Source of the DNA: an uncultured virus (IMG/VR IMGVR_UViG_3300044608_000291)
Taxonomy: Duplodnaviria; Heunggongvirae; Uroviricota; Caudoviricetes
Reading direction: 5' to 3' (one strand)
IMG/VR virus record: IMGVR_UViG_3300044608_000291
DNA: 64,000 nucleotides
A program made the translations under genes and the position numbers. How positions within the stretch are numbered: position 1 is the stretch's first letter; every line of letters starts with the position of its first letter. Below are positions 45,146-54,822 of this stretch, in pieces. The notes beneath the pieces were generated by a model, which made no database searches, had not been told where the DNA came from, and saw only the letters and a list, made by a program, of their open reading frames with translations.

Positions 45146-46996
45146 GTGGTAACTGACCTGATCACACTTGACTTCGAGACTTTCTACGATGACGAGACCG
45201 GCTTCAAGAAGCAGACGACAGAGGAATATCTCCGTGATCCACGCTTCCACGTCATCATGGTTGGTATCAAACGCAACGACGACCCACCCTTCTGGGTGCC
45301 GGGGCCACAGGTTGCCGAACGACTGAAAGAACTACCGTGGGACCGCAGTCTGCTTCTGTGCCACAACACGCTGTTCGATGGCGCGATCTTGGCATGGCTG
45401 TTTAAGATCGTACCCGCCGGATACCTTGATACGTTGAGCATGGCTCGCGCATTGCATGGTGTAGATGCCGGGGGGTCACTGGCATCATTAGCTGAGAGGT
45501 ATCAACTTGGCAAGAAAGGCGATGAGGTCATCAACGCGAAAGGCAAACGCTTCGTTGACTTTACCCCGGAAGAATTACAGACGTACGCAAACTACTGCAT
45601 AAACGACGTGCAGCTCACGTATGACCTGTTCATAAAGCTCGCCAAAAATTTCGACGAGTCCGAACTCAAGCTCATCGATCTCACGCTGCGGATGTACACG
45701 GAGCCGGTCCTTAAGCTCGACGACGCGCTACTGAATGGCCGATTAGAGCAAGTAAAAGAGGAGCGCAACGAGTTGCTGCGTGGGCTGATGACACAGCTCA
45801 AATGCGAGAGCGAAGAAGAGGTACGTAAGAAACTAGCCAGCAACAAGCAGTTCGCGTCTGTCCTAGACAGCTTCGGGGTTGACCCGCCTATGAAGGTTAG
45901 CCCCACCACTGGCAAGCCGACCTTCGCGCTAGCTAAAACGGACGAGGGTTTTATCGCGCTGCAAGAGCATGAGGACACATTCATCCAACATCTATGCGCT
46001 GTGCGTCTCGGCACGAAGTCCACGATGGAGGAGTCACGGATCAAGCGGTTCCTCGATATAGGGTTCCGCAACCGGGGGCATCTACCGGTCCCACTGAAAT
46101 ACTACGGTGCACACACAGGTCGATGGGCGGGGCAGGACAAGATCAACCTCCAGAACCTGCCGAGCCGCGACCCAAAGAAGAAGGCACTCAAGAACGCGCT
46201 GGTTGCACCAGAAGATCATTACATCATCAACGCCGACTCATCACAGATCGAGGCGCGGGTGCTTGCATGGCTAGCTGGTCAAGACGACGTGGTGCAGCAG
46301 TTTGCTAAGGGTGAGGATGTCTACTCGATCTTCGCGTCGAAGATTTACGGACGCCCGATCTCCAAGGCGGATCCCGTCGAGCGGTTCGTTGGCAAGACCT
46401 GCATCCTCGGACTCGGGTACGGCACAGGCGCAGCAAAGCTACAGCACACGCTCGCCACGGCGCAGCCAGTCAACAAGAACATGACTATCGACGAGTGCCA
46501 AGACATAGTAAAGATCTACCGCGATGCCAATGAGATGATCCCCCAACTATGGCAGGACGGGGACGACGCCATCCGAAGCATGTTCCACGGCGGGGGCGAC
46601 TACTACTTTGACCGGCGCGGGAGCCTGATCATCACGAAAGAGGGCATACGCTTGCCTAACGGACTTCATATCCGTTACCCGAACATCACGCTGGAACAGG
46701 GTAAGTTTACGTATAAATCTCGAAAAGGCCCGGTCTCGATCTGGGGCGGAGTGATCGTCGAGAACGTGGTGCAAGCCCTTGCCCGGATCATCGTGGCTAC
46801 ACAGATGCTCAAGGTCGCCGAGCGATACAAGGTGGCCTGTACTGTGCATGACTCGATCGTCGCTGTCGTTCACAAAGACAAGATCGATGAAGCCGTGGAC
46901 TACATCACTGAATGTATGTCTACACCACCAAATTGGGCGGAAGGTCTGCCCATCACATGCGAAGCAAAGTACGCGCAAGCGTATGGACAATGCTGA
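45146..46996 (+). CDS. Family A DNA polymerase with 3'-5' exonuclease
   Basis: Exo LDFETF, HN..FD, YCINDV; TGRW, NLQN; motif A DSSQIEARVLA, motif B R..GKTCILGLGYG, motif C VHDS. Confidence 0.95.
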   Translation: MVTDLITLDFETFYDDETGFKKQTTEEYLRDPRFHVIMVGIKRNDDPPFWVPGPQVAERLKELPWDRSLLLCHNTLFDGAILAWLFKIVPAGYLDTLSMARALHGVDAGGSLASLAERYQLGKKGDEVINAKGKRFVDFTPEELQTYANYCINDVQLTYDLFIKLAKNFDESELKLIDLTLRMYTEPVLKLDDALLNGRLEQVKEERNELLRGLMTQLKCESEEEVRKKLASNKQFASVLDSFGVDPPMKVSPTTGKPTFALAKTDEGFIALQEHEDTFIQHLCAVRLGTKSTMEESRIKRFLDIGFRNRGHLPVPLKYYGAHTGRWAGQDKINLQNLPSRDPKKKALKNALVAPEDHYIINADSSQIEARVLAWLAGQDDVVQQFAKGEDVYSIFASKIYGRPISKADPVERFVGKTCILGLGYGTGAAKLQHTLATAQPVNKNMTIDECQDIVKIYRDANEMIPQLWQDGDDAIRSMFHGGGDYYFDRRGSLIITKEGIRLPNGLHIRYPNITLEQGKFTYKSRKGPVSIWGGVIVENVVQALARIIVATQMLKVAERYKVACTVHDSIVAVVHKDKIDEAVDYITECMSTPPNWAEGLPITCEAKYAQAYGQC

Positions 46997-47026
46997 ACCA
47001 ACCCGATATAGTCAAAGGAAGTCGTT

Positions 47027-47266
47027 ATGTCAATCATGAAGCAGAATGAAAAAGCTGAAACGCACGAACAAATTGTCTACGATCTAAAAGGTATCACCTA
47101 CGTCCCACACTACCGAAACAGCTCAATCTTCGTCGGTCCCGGTTATCCAAGACATACCAACACACGGTATTCAAAGGCAGAACTGTTACTGCGTGGCGCA
47201 AAGCCACGGACTGAGTTCTTGTGGTCGCGTGGTACGACGGGAGAAGTTTCCGACCGTAACCCATAG
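47027..47266 (+). CDS. Hypothetical protein
   Basis: 79 aa; AAGGA SD. Confidence 0.6.
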   Translation: MSIMKQNEKAETHEQIVYDLKGITYVPHYRNSSIFVGPGYPRHTNTRYSKAELLLRGAKPRTEFLWSRGTTGEVSDRNP

Positions 47267-47273
47267 AGGATCT

Positions 47274-47936
47274 ATGTCAGCCACCGACTTCACTTGGTCA
47301 TACTCTTCGCTCAAGGACTACATCAATTGCCCTCGGCAGTATCACGAGGTCAAGGTTCTCAAGCGGTTTACTAAACGTGTCACGCCACAAATGCGGTATG
47401 GCACAGAAGTTCACTCAGCCATAGAAGATTATGTGCGTGAGGGTAAACCCCTAAAGAAGAACTATGAAATTTACAAACCAATGCTTGATGCGGTCCGTGA
47501 GATCCCCGGCGAGAAGTTTTGTGAATTCAAGATGGCGCTTGACCGAAACATGTCCCCGTGTAGTTATGGCAAGGATTACTGGGTACGTGGGATTGCGGAC
47601 TTGGTGGTCATCGACGGCGACAGTGGGTTTGTCATTGACTACAAGACTGGCAGTAACAAGTACCCGGATCCAAATCAGTTGAAGTTGATGGCTATCATGG
47701 CATTCGCGCATTTCCCCGAGCTTCAGAGCATCAAGGCTGGGCTACTGTTCGTAGCCCACGCTAGCTTTGTGACCGAGGAGTACACCCGCGACATGGTGTC
47801 GTCAATGTGGGAAAAATACTTTGCGCCCGATCTCGATCGCTTACGTGGTTCTTACACGAGTAATGTGTGGAACCCTAACCAAACCCCGCTGTGTGGCTGG
47901 TGCCCAGTGGACACATGCGAATACCACCGAGGATGA
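47274..47936 (+). CDS. PD-(D/E)XK (Cas4/RecB-like) exonuclease
   Basis: WSYSSL...CPR, G.EVH, RGIAD, IDYKTG, QL, C-terminal CGWCPV..C. Confidence 0.9.
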   Translation: MSATDFTWSYSSLKDYINCPRQYHEVKVLKRFTKRVTPQMRYGTEVHSAIEDYVREGKPLKKNYEIYKPMLDAVREIPGEKFCEFKMALDRNMSPCSYGKDYWVRGIADLVVIDGDSGFVIDYKTGSNKYPDPNQLKLMAIMAFAHFPELQSIKAGLLFVAHASFVTEEYTRDMVSSMWEKYFAPDLDRLRGSYTSNVWNPNQTPLCGWCPVDTCEYHRG

Positions 47937-48172
47937 ATATGGAAGAAGTAATTGATCATGCACTGCCGCTCATCAAGATCCGCGCGTTCATAAAAGCAAT
48001 TGAGCAGGAACTTCTCCGGAATGATTTCTTAGCCGCTCGTACTACAGCACTGAACATGATTGTGGAAGTGCGGGCTCTTAGCGTAATCATCCGACATATG
48101 CAGCAGCAAGAAGAGGCGCTGACGCAAGCGAGGGATAGAAATGCCGTACAAGAACAAACCGAGACCGTATAA
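47933..48172 (+). CDS. Hypothetical protein
   Basis: GAGG SD; ATGA overlap with the exonuclease stop. Confidence 0.55.
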   Translation: MNMEEVIDHALPLIKIRAFIKAIEQELLRNDFLAARTTALNMIVEVRALSVIIRHMQQQEEALTQARDRNAVQEQTETV

Positions 48173-48395
48173 AAAAGAGTATCAGCAACAGGTCGAGCGC
48201 GGCGAGCATGAAGACCGCATGGAACGCCAACGTGCAAGGCGGACGCTCGACAAGAAAGGTGTTAACCGAAAAGGCAAGGACGTGGCGCACGTCAAAGCCT
48301 TGAGCAAGGGTGGCACGAACGCTGATGGATACAAACTTGAATCGCCCAGTAAGAACCGATCGTTCCGTCGCAACTCTGACGGTTCGATGAAATGA
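48141..48395 (+). CDS. Small HNH-like protein
   Basis: GKDVAHVKALSKGG.N...S.NRS. Confidence 0.7.
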   Translation: MPYKNKPRPYKKEYQQQVERGEHEDRMERQRARRTLDKKGVNRKGKDVAHVKALSKGGTNADGYKLESPSKNRSFRRNSDGSMK

Positions 48396-48414
48396 GCAGT
48401 TGCAGGGCGTCGCT

Positions 48415-48514
48415 GTTAGGCGTGAGTGGGCGACTGGGGAAGGCTTCAAAACCGCGCCAGCTAATTAGCGGGACTCCTCTTCGCTGAATTAGCCGACTAA
48501 CCCCCGTAAGGGGT
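48415..48514 (+). ncRNA. Candidate structured RNA upstream of the helicase
   Basis: Stems GTTAG/CTAAC, GGCGTG/CGCGCC, GCTAATTAGCG/CGCTGAATTAGC, and CCCC-GTAA-GGGG. Confidence 0.45.
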
Positions 48515-48538
48515 CAGTACAACACGTAAAGGATCGTC

Positions 48539-50098
48539 ATGGAAGTCATTGATAACACCGCGTTGCGTATCGTTGTACCGACCGGTGATGTACCGTCAAT
48601 TAAAAATCACATCGAGCGATGTGAAGTTTTGCAAAGTAATACACAGCACTCTGAGCTGTTGGTCTACTGGGGTATCAACGAGATGCAACGTCTCGCAAGG
48701 CTGTATGCCGACATACCCTCACCAATCGAACGCGACTACAAGTGGCCGGGGCTCTACAAGCCCTTCAAACATCAGCGCGTCACTGCTGCGTTCCTGTCTA
48801 TGCGCGATCGTGCTTTCTGCTTCAACGAAGCGGGTACAGGCAAGACCTCCTCCGTAGTCTGGGCAGCGGATTATCTGATGCAAGAAAAGCAGATTAGACG
48901 TGTGCTGATCATCTGCCCGCTGTCGATCATGTACTCCGCATGGCAAGACGATATCTTCAAGACGGCAATGCATAGGACTGCGGCCGTAGCGCACGGTGAC
49001 ACGAAGAAGCGTCAGAAAGTTATTAGAGGAGAGTATGAGTTCGTCGTGATCAACTACGACGGGGTGGGCACGGTCGAGGACGATATCAAGGCATCAGGGT
49101 TTGACCTAATAGTCATCGACGAAGCAAATGCGTATAAGAACACTTCAACTAAACGGTGGAAGACCTTGAGTCGCTTGCTTACCCCCTCTACGCGCTTGTG
49201 GATGTTGACCGGCACACCAGCGTCACAGTCTCCTGAGGACGCCTTTGGCCTTGCCAAGCTCATCTGCCCCGGCAACGTACCGAAGTGGAAGACTACGTGG
49301 AAAGAGCAAGTGATGTATCAAGTCTCGCGCTTCCGCTGGCTCCCCAAAGCGAACTCCCGCAAGCTCGTGTACCAAGCTCTACAGCCCGCGATCAGGTTTG
49401 AAAAATCACAATGCCTTGATCTACCTAGCGTGACATATCAGACGCGCCATGTCGCACTGACTGCGCAGGTTGCGAGGTACTACAAACTGATCAAGGACCA
49501 AATGCTCGTCGAGACTGCGGGCGTACAGATCACAGCGGTCAACGCTGCCGCGAAGGTCAGCAAGCTGTTACAGATTTCAGGCGGCGCAGTGTATGCAGAG
49601 GGTAACGACATCGTTGAGTTCGACATCGGCCCAAGGCTCGACACACTGCTTGAGGTACTGGAAGAGACTGAGCACAAGGTCATCGTCTTTGTACCGTTCC
49701 GTCACACGATCGAACTCGTCAGCAAATTTTTAACTAGTAAAGGAGTGACCAATGAAATCATAAGCGGAGATGTAACCGCTCGTAATCGAGCAGACATCAT
49801 CAGTCGATTCCAAAAGCAAACTGACCCACGTGTACTTGTTATTCAACCTCAGGCGGCTTCGCACGGTGTAACACTGACTGCCGCTGATACCGTTGTCTTC
49901 TGGTCCCCCGTAACAAGTGTGGAGACATATCTGCAATGCATAGCGCGGATCGATCGTGTCGGTCAACAGAACAAGATGACCGTCGTACACCTGCAAGGGT
50001 CTGCGATCGAGAGACAGATGTACACAATGCTACGCAACAAAGTGGATCTGCATAGTCAGTTAGTCGATTTGTACAAACAGGAGTTAGAGAATGAGTGA
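48539..50098 (+). CDS. SNF2-family helicase
   Basis: EAGTGKT, IICPLS, VIDEA, LTGTP, HGVTLT, Q..ARIDRVGQ. Confidence 0.92.
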   Translation: MEVIDNTALRIVVPTGDVPSIKNHIERCEVLQSNTQHSELLVYWGINEMQRLARLYADIPSPIERDYKWPGLYKPFKHQRVTAAFLSMRDRAFCFNEAGTGKTSSVVWAADYLMQEKQIRRVLIICPLSIMYSAWQDDIFKTAMHRTAAVAHGDTKKRQKVIRGEYEFVVINYDGVGTVEDDIKASGFDLIVIDEANAYKNTSTKRWKTLSRLLTPSTRLWMLTGTPASQSPEDAFGLAKLICPGNVPKWKTTWKEQVMYQVSRFRWLPKANSRKLVYQALQPAIRFEKSQCLDLPSVTYQTRHVALTAQVARYYKLIKDQMLVETAGVQITAVNAAAKVSKLLQISGGAVYAEGNDIVEFDIGPRLDTLLEVLEETEHKVIVFVPFRHTIELVSKFLTSKGVTNEIISGDVTARNRADIISRFQKQTDPRVLVIQPQAASHGVTLTAADTVVFWSPVTSVETYLQCIARIDRVGQQNKMTVVHLQGSAIERQMYTMLRNKVDLHSQLVDLYKQELENE

Positions 50099-50522
50099 GA
50101 CCGCTGAAGTAAGCATGGAAAGTGATCTTGGCTTTGAGGATCTGGTCAAGGCATACATGAACATCCGCGAGGCACGTCAGCAACTGAAAGAGAAGTACGA
50201 GCTTGATGACGCCGCGCTGTCGAACGATATGAACACTATTGAGGGACTGCTGCTCAACAAGTGTAACGAGATCAACGCAAGTAGCATCCGCACAGGTTAT
50301 GGCACGGTCGTGCGCAAGTTGAACGAGAGGTTCTACTGCAACGATTGGCCGAACTTCAGAAACTTTGTTCTTGAACACGGCGCGATTGAATTGCTGGAGC
50401 GTCGCATTCACCAAAGTAACTTCAAGGAATTCATGGAAGGTCGGCTAGAGAAAGACGGTCTGCCTCCCGGAGTAAACGTCATGCGTGAGTATGGCGTAGT
50501 TGTTCGTAAACCCACCAAGTAA
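50091..50522 (+). CDS. Conserved coiled-coil replication-module protein
   Basis: SIRTGYGTV...DW..F...LLERRI.Q...PPGV; AGGAG SD. Confidence 0.7.
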   Translation: MSETAEVSMESDLGFEDLVKAYMNIREARQQLKEKYELDDAALSNDMNTIEGLLLNKCNEINASSIRTGYGTVVRKLNERFYCNDWPNFRNFVLEHGAIELLERRIHQSNFKEFMEGRLEKDGLPPGVNVMREYGVVVRKPTK

Positions 50523-50534
50523 GGAAAGTCAATC

Positions 50535-51365
50535 ATGGCTAATGAACTCGCAACCCTCATCGCTAACAACCCCGCACTCGTTCAAACCGGGCTTGATGAA
50601 GATACCGCCGCTATTGCAGGTGGTAATCGTGGGGGCACGAAGCGTATCTCGATCAAGGGCGGTGTCTTCCGCAAGTATGTTGGCGGTAAAGAGGTCGGCG
50701 CGATCGAAGACCGTCACATGAACATCATCTTCGTCAAGATGGCGCACAAGCCCGCGCGTACGTACTACGAGCAAGACTACGTGGAAGGCGAGCGGATCAG
50801 CCCGACTTGCTGGTCTACTGATTCCGATACCCCGGATGCGGAAGTCCCGAGTCCGATGTCCGACAAGTGCTCAAACTGCCCGAAGTCAATCAAAGGCTCG
50901 GGGCGGAACAACAGCGCGGCGTGCCGTTTGTCTTGGCGTACAGCAGTGGTTCTCCCCAATGATCCGTCGGGCGATGTGATGCACCTGACGCTTCCGGCTA
51001 CTTCTGTGTTCGGTGAGGAAGACAACGGTCGCTATCCGTTCCGTCCGTACATCATGTATCTCGCAGCACACAACGTCGCAGCGGGGCGCGTGATCACCCG
51101 CATGGCGTTTGATACTAAATCGCCAACTCCAAAGGTGATGTTCAGTGTGGCCGGAGTTGTACCGGACGAAGATCTCGCCGTGCTCGCTAACCAAGCGAAG
51201 ACCCCGGCAGCAGAGAGCGCGATCAAGATGACGGTCTATAAGGCGGACGAGGCCACAGGTGAAGCCACACGGGCGCAACCTGTGCTGCGCGAGAGCGCGG
51301 GACTCAACGAGACCAAGACCGCTGAGACGAGTGAAGTCATCAAGAAGTGGTCCAAGAAGAGCTGA
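50535..51365 (+). CDS. Putative ssDNA-binding protein
   Basis: KRISIKGGVFR, P.CWS.D, C..CP, LPATS; position between helicase and primase. Confidence 0.6.
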   Translation: MANELATLIANNPALVQTGLDEDTAAIAGGNRGGTKRISIKGGVFRKYVGGKEVGAIEDRHMNIIFVKMAHKPARTYYEQDYVEGERISPTCWSTDSDTPDAEVPSPMSDKCSNCPKSIKGSGRNNSAACRLSWRTAVVLPNDPSGDVMHLTLPATSVFGEEDNGRYPFRPYIMYLAAHNVAAGRVITRMAFDTKSPTPKVMFSVAGVVPDEDLAVLANQAKTPAAESAIKMTVYKADEATGEATRAQPVLRESAGLNETKTAETSEVIKKWSKKS

Positions 51366-51366
51366 T

Positions 51367-51684
51367 ATGTCGAGGTCATATAGTCAAGAGTTCGTAGACT
51401 ACGTGACCAAGACAGAACGCGAGAGCGCGGGTATTGATCTAGCAAGGCTATGTATCAAAGCTAATCTGCCCGCTGCTTTCGTGGCACAGTTTCTTGGTGT
51501 GTCACGCATGACAGTCTACACATGGTTCCGAGGGGAGAAACTTCGCTTCAAGAATATGTTGATGGTGGAGTCTCTGACCGCACGGGTTCAGAAAGATCTC
51601 GATGCCGGTAGGTTGCCGGTCGATAACAAGAAAGGAGCAAAGGCATACCTTGAAGAGCTAGGTATGCAAAGCAAGCAAGAGTAG
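51367..51684 (+). CDS. XRE/Cro-like HTH protein
   Basis: VAQFLGVSRMTVYTWFRG. Confidence 0.8.
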   Translation: MSRSYSQEFVDYVTKTERESAGIDLARLCIKANLPAAFVAQFLGVSRMTVYTWFRGEKLRFKNMLMVESLTARVQKDLDAGRLPVDNKKGAKAYLEELGMQSKQE

Positions 51685-51711
51685 GTGGCCCCCACCATCT
51701 ACGATCTTCAT

Positions 51712-51735
51712 AGGCGAGCGAGTCTCGCCTTTTTT
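51712..51735 (+). terminator. Rho-independent terminator before the primase gene
   Basis: AGGCGAG-CGAGT-CTCGCCT-TTTTT. Confidence 0.75.
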
Positions 51736-51749
51736 GACCCTGACAACAG

Positions 51750-54644
51750 ATGCTAAAACAATTTTATGAGAAAGCTCTTCCAGTCATGGAAGGAGGCATG
51801 TACTGCATCGGTGCAGCGGACTCGACAATGCGCGATCCGGATGCGCCACACAAGCCAAGCCCATACGCATGGAAACATCATTGGGTGGAATCACTAGAGG
51901 AGGCGTACGACAAAGTTGAACAACTGAAGAAGGCGGAGAAATATAATATCTACGTTGCGATGGGCATCTTCCCCGGCCCGAAGCGAGATGCCGAGACCTG
52001 CGCTTTTCTGAAGACGGTATTCCTCGACATCGATGTCGGCCCCGCTGCTGTCAAAGCGAAGATGGGGTACGCGACAAAAGAAGAAGCCATCGCCGCGCTA
52101 GATAGATTGATACAAGAAGCAGAGTTACCAGAACCGTTCCGCGTGGATTCAGGAGTTGGTATTCATGCTTATTGGGTCTTTGATACGCAGATCCCGAAAC
52201 ATGAGTTCATCCCATACGCCAAACTTTTCCGAGACCTGTGCAGAAAGCACATCGACTTCGACCCAAATGCAAACTCCACAGACGCCGCCCGCTGTATGCG
52301 ATGGATCGATTCCGTCAATTACTCCGCTGAAACCCCACAACATACGAAAGTTCTTAGCGACGAGCTGCACATATATTCTTTCGACGAGTTCAAAGAATTC
52401 TTAGGTGAGCCGCCGTTTGATGTCAAAGAAATCTTAGCCTCCGCGCACAAAGGGCTAGACGAAGAGACTAAGAAGTTTCTGAAGAACGACAACTTCGAAC
52501 GGTCGTTTGAACAACTCGCCGCAAAGAGTCTTGATGATGTTGGTTGTAATCAAATTAAGAACATCATCATTAACGCACGAGATTTGGTAGAGCCGCTGTG
52601 GTGGGCGGGGCTATCGATTGCGAGATTCTGCGACGACGGCGACACAGCAATCCACAAACTATCCGAAGACTACGACGGCTACAGCCATGAAGAGACAAAA
52701 CAAAAAGCAGAACGTCTCGATGCCCCCCGAACCTGCCAATGGTTCCTTGAGAACTACCCCGATCACTGTGATGGATGTCAACATCGAGGAAAGATCAACA
52801 GCCCTATTTCTCTCGCCCGAGTCTTTAAAGTTGCTCCCCCGTCCAATGAGACGGACCCAATTCGGACGGACGAGGATTCCCAAGGTATTCAAGGTTTCCC
52901 GAATGCCCTCTTCCCATTCATGAGGGGGGAGAAAGGTGGTATCTACTACCAGCCGCCACCGAAAATCGACAAAAAAGGGAAGAAGCTTGATCAAGATGTA
53001 GAGATGATCTTCCCGTACGACTTTTATCCAATTCGCAGGATCTATAGTCCGCACGACGGCGAGTGTTTGATGATGCATGTGGATCTACCACGTGACGCGC
53101 GTCGATCATTCCTGTTACCGATGAGGTCGGTGTATGCGCAAGAAACTTTCCGCTCACTTCTTACCTCAAACGGTGTATTGTTTTCACACCATAACTCGCA
53201 ATCAATCATGAACTACGTAATCAAATGGGGGCAGTATATGCAGACCTCGGGGCAAGCTGAAGTTATGCGGATGCAGATGGGCTGGACTGAAAATATCTTC
53301 GACGACTCGTGGGTCGATCGATCGTTCGTCATCGGCACACGCGAGATAAAAAAGACAGGCGAAGTTACAGACGCCCCAACATCACCGTTTGTGAAAGGCG
53401 TGTCACGACTACTGCATCCGCGCGGTACATACGAGAAGTGGCAGCAGTCGGCTCAAGAACTCAACGCGCCGGGGTTCGAGCTACATGCACTCGCCATGCT
53501 CGCTGGATTTGGGTCGCCGTTGATGTGCTATACATCAACTTCAGGTGTCACCATTTCCTTTACAGGCAAGTCAGGTGTAGCCAAGACCGGTGCTTTGTAC
53601 GGGGCGCTAAGCATCTGGGGCAACCCGAAAGAGCTAAGCGTGTGTGAGACGACGGAGAACGGATTTACTGGGCGTTATCTATCTTTACGCAATCTTCCAT
53701 TCGGTCTTGACGAGGCATCGAACCGTGAAGGTAAGTGGATCTCAGACATGATCCACAAAGTGTCGCATGGCAAGACGAAGATTCGTATGCAAGCATCTGT
53801 CAACGCTGAGCGTGAGTATGAAATGGCCGGGTCGATGATTGCCATCATCACGACTAACCAGCCGTTGTACGCAAAGCTGGAATCCTACAAGGTTAATCCA
53901 GACGGGGAAGCTGCGCGGCTCATGGAGTTCATGCTCGCAAAGCCCGAAGCACTTGAGATAGGTGGTGGCAGTATCGGTCGCATGATCTTCGACCCGTTTA
54001 ACTTTAACTACGGTCATGCGGGGCCGAAGTTTGTGCAAGCCTTGATGCAGTACACCGACAACGCTATCCGAGACATGATCAACAGATGGCTAGCGCGGTT
54101 CGCTGCTGACTTCGGACATGACTCTGCGTATCGCTTCCACGCTAACGGCGTAGCGTCGATGTTCACAGCAGGAGAGGTCGCGAACAACGCAGGCATCATC
54201 AACTACGATCTTGAACGCATATACAAAAGCACGATCAGAGAGTTGATCAACATCCGCGACACAGTGATCGAAGTCAATCGGACAGACTACAGCGCCTTGC
54301 TTGGCGAATACATCAACAAGAACCTCAACAGCATTTTGGTGTTGCACGACAAGCGAGTGAAAGTAGAGCCACGCAATCAGATCGTCGCTCGCATCTCTGT
54401 TGATGAGAACTTGCTACAAGTGTCGAAGACAGAGTTCAAGAAATATCTGCAAGACCGAAACATCTCGTCGCGTGAGTTCGAAGAGGATATGCGGCAACGT
54501 GGCTATCTCACCGAGGTCAAGAAAGGTAGGCTGACGACCGGATGGAACGGCGGGTTCGGTACAGACCCCGTGTACCTGTACATATTCAAGACACAGATCC
54601 CAGAGGAGTGGAAGAATGGACCCGCAGCAGATGCTGGAGCCTGA
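51750..54644 (+). CDS. Primase-helicase (AEP/RepB-like primase, Zn-binding region, DUF927-like helicase)
   Basis: FLDIDVG, DSGVGIHAYW, C....C..C, Walker-like GKSGVAKT, LDE. Confidence 0.85.
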   Translation: MLKQFYEKALPVMEGGMYCIGAADSTMRDPDAPHKPSPYAWKHHWVESLEEAYDKVEQLKKAEKYNIYVAMGIFPGPKRDAETCAFLKTVFLDIDVGPAAVKAKMGYATKEEAIAALDRLIQEAELPEPFRVDSGVGIHAYWVFDTQIPKHEFIPYAKLFRDLCRKHIDFDPNANSTDAARCMRWIDSVNYSAETPQHTKVLSDELHIYSFDEFKEFLGEPPFDVKEILASAHKGLDEETKKFLKNDNFERSFEQLAAKSLDDVGCNQIKNIIINARDLVEPLWWAGLSIARFCDDGDTAIHKLSEDYDGYSHEETKQKAERLDAPRTCQWFLENYPDHCDGCQHRGKINSPISLARVFKVAPPSNETDPIRTDEDSQGIQGFPNALFPFMRGEKGGIYYQPPPKIDKKGKKLDQDVEMIFPYDFYPIRRIYSPHDGECLMMHVDLPRDARRSFLLPMRSVYAQETFRSLLTSNGVLFSHHNSQSIMNYVIKWGQYMQTSGQAEVMRMQMGWTENIFDDSWVDRSFVIGTREIKKTGEVTDAPTSPFVKGVSRLLHPRGTYEKWQQSAQELNAPGFELHALAMLAGFGSPLMCYTSTSGVTISFTGKSGVAKTGALYGALSIWGNPKELSVCETTENGFTGRYLSLRNLPFGLDEASNREGKWISDMIHKVSHGKTKIRMQASVNAEREYEMAGSMIAIITTNQPLYAKLESYKVNPDGEAARLMEFMLAKPEALEIGGGSIGRMIFDPFNFNYGHAGPKFVQALMQYTDNAIRDMINRWLARFAADFGHDSAYRFHANGVASMFTAGEVANNAGIINYDLERIYKSTIRELINIRDTVIEVNRTDYSALLGEYINKNLNSILVLHDKRVKVEPRNQIVARISVDENLLQVSKTEFKKYLQDRNISSREFEEDMRQRGYLTEVKKGRLTTGWNGGFGTDPVYLYIFKTQIPEEWKNGPAADAGA

Positions 54645-54822
54645 GTGGATATTCCCGTTTCAAGGCATGGCAGTCGGGGATAGTTTCTTTATCCCCACTG
54701 CACGGGTCGCAGAGATGATGTACGCGATTGAGTCGGGGGCCAAGCGGGCGCAAGTCCGTGTTAAGGCTTACCCGACTATCAAGGATGAATGCTTAGGCGT
54801 ACGTGTGTGGCGAGTGCGCTAG
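54616..54822 (+). CDS. Small putative DNA-binding protein
   Basis: FPF..M.VGDSFFIP...GVRVWRV. Confidence 0.75.
   Translation: MDPQQMLEPEWIFPFQGMAVGDSFFIPTARVAEMMYAIESGAKRAQVRVKAYPTIKDECLGVRVWRVR

Noticed and set aside
47274..47936. Cas4 of a CRISPR system
   Set aside because: No cas1/cas2 or array; typical stand-alone phage replication exonuclease.
54819..54822. Missing terminator at the convergent junction
   Set aside because: The stop codons simply overlap (CTAG), which is common in compact phage genomes.
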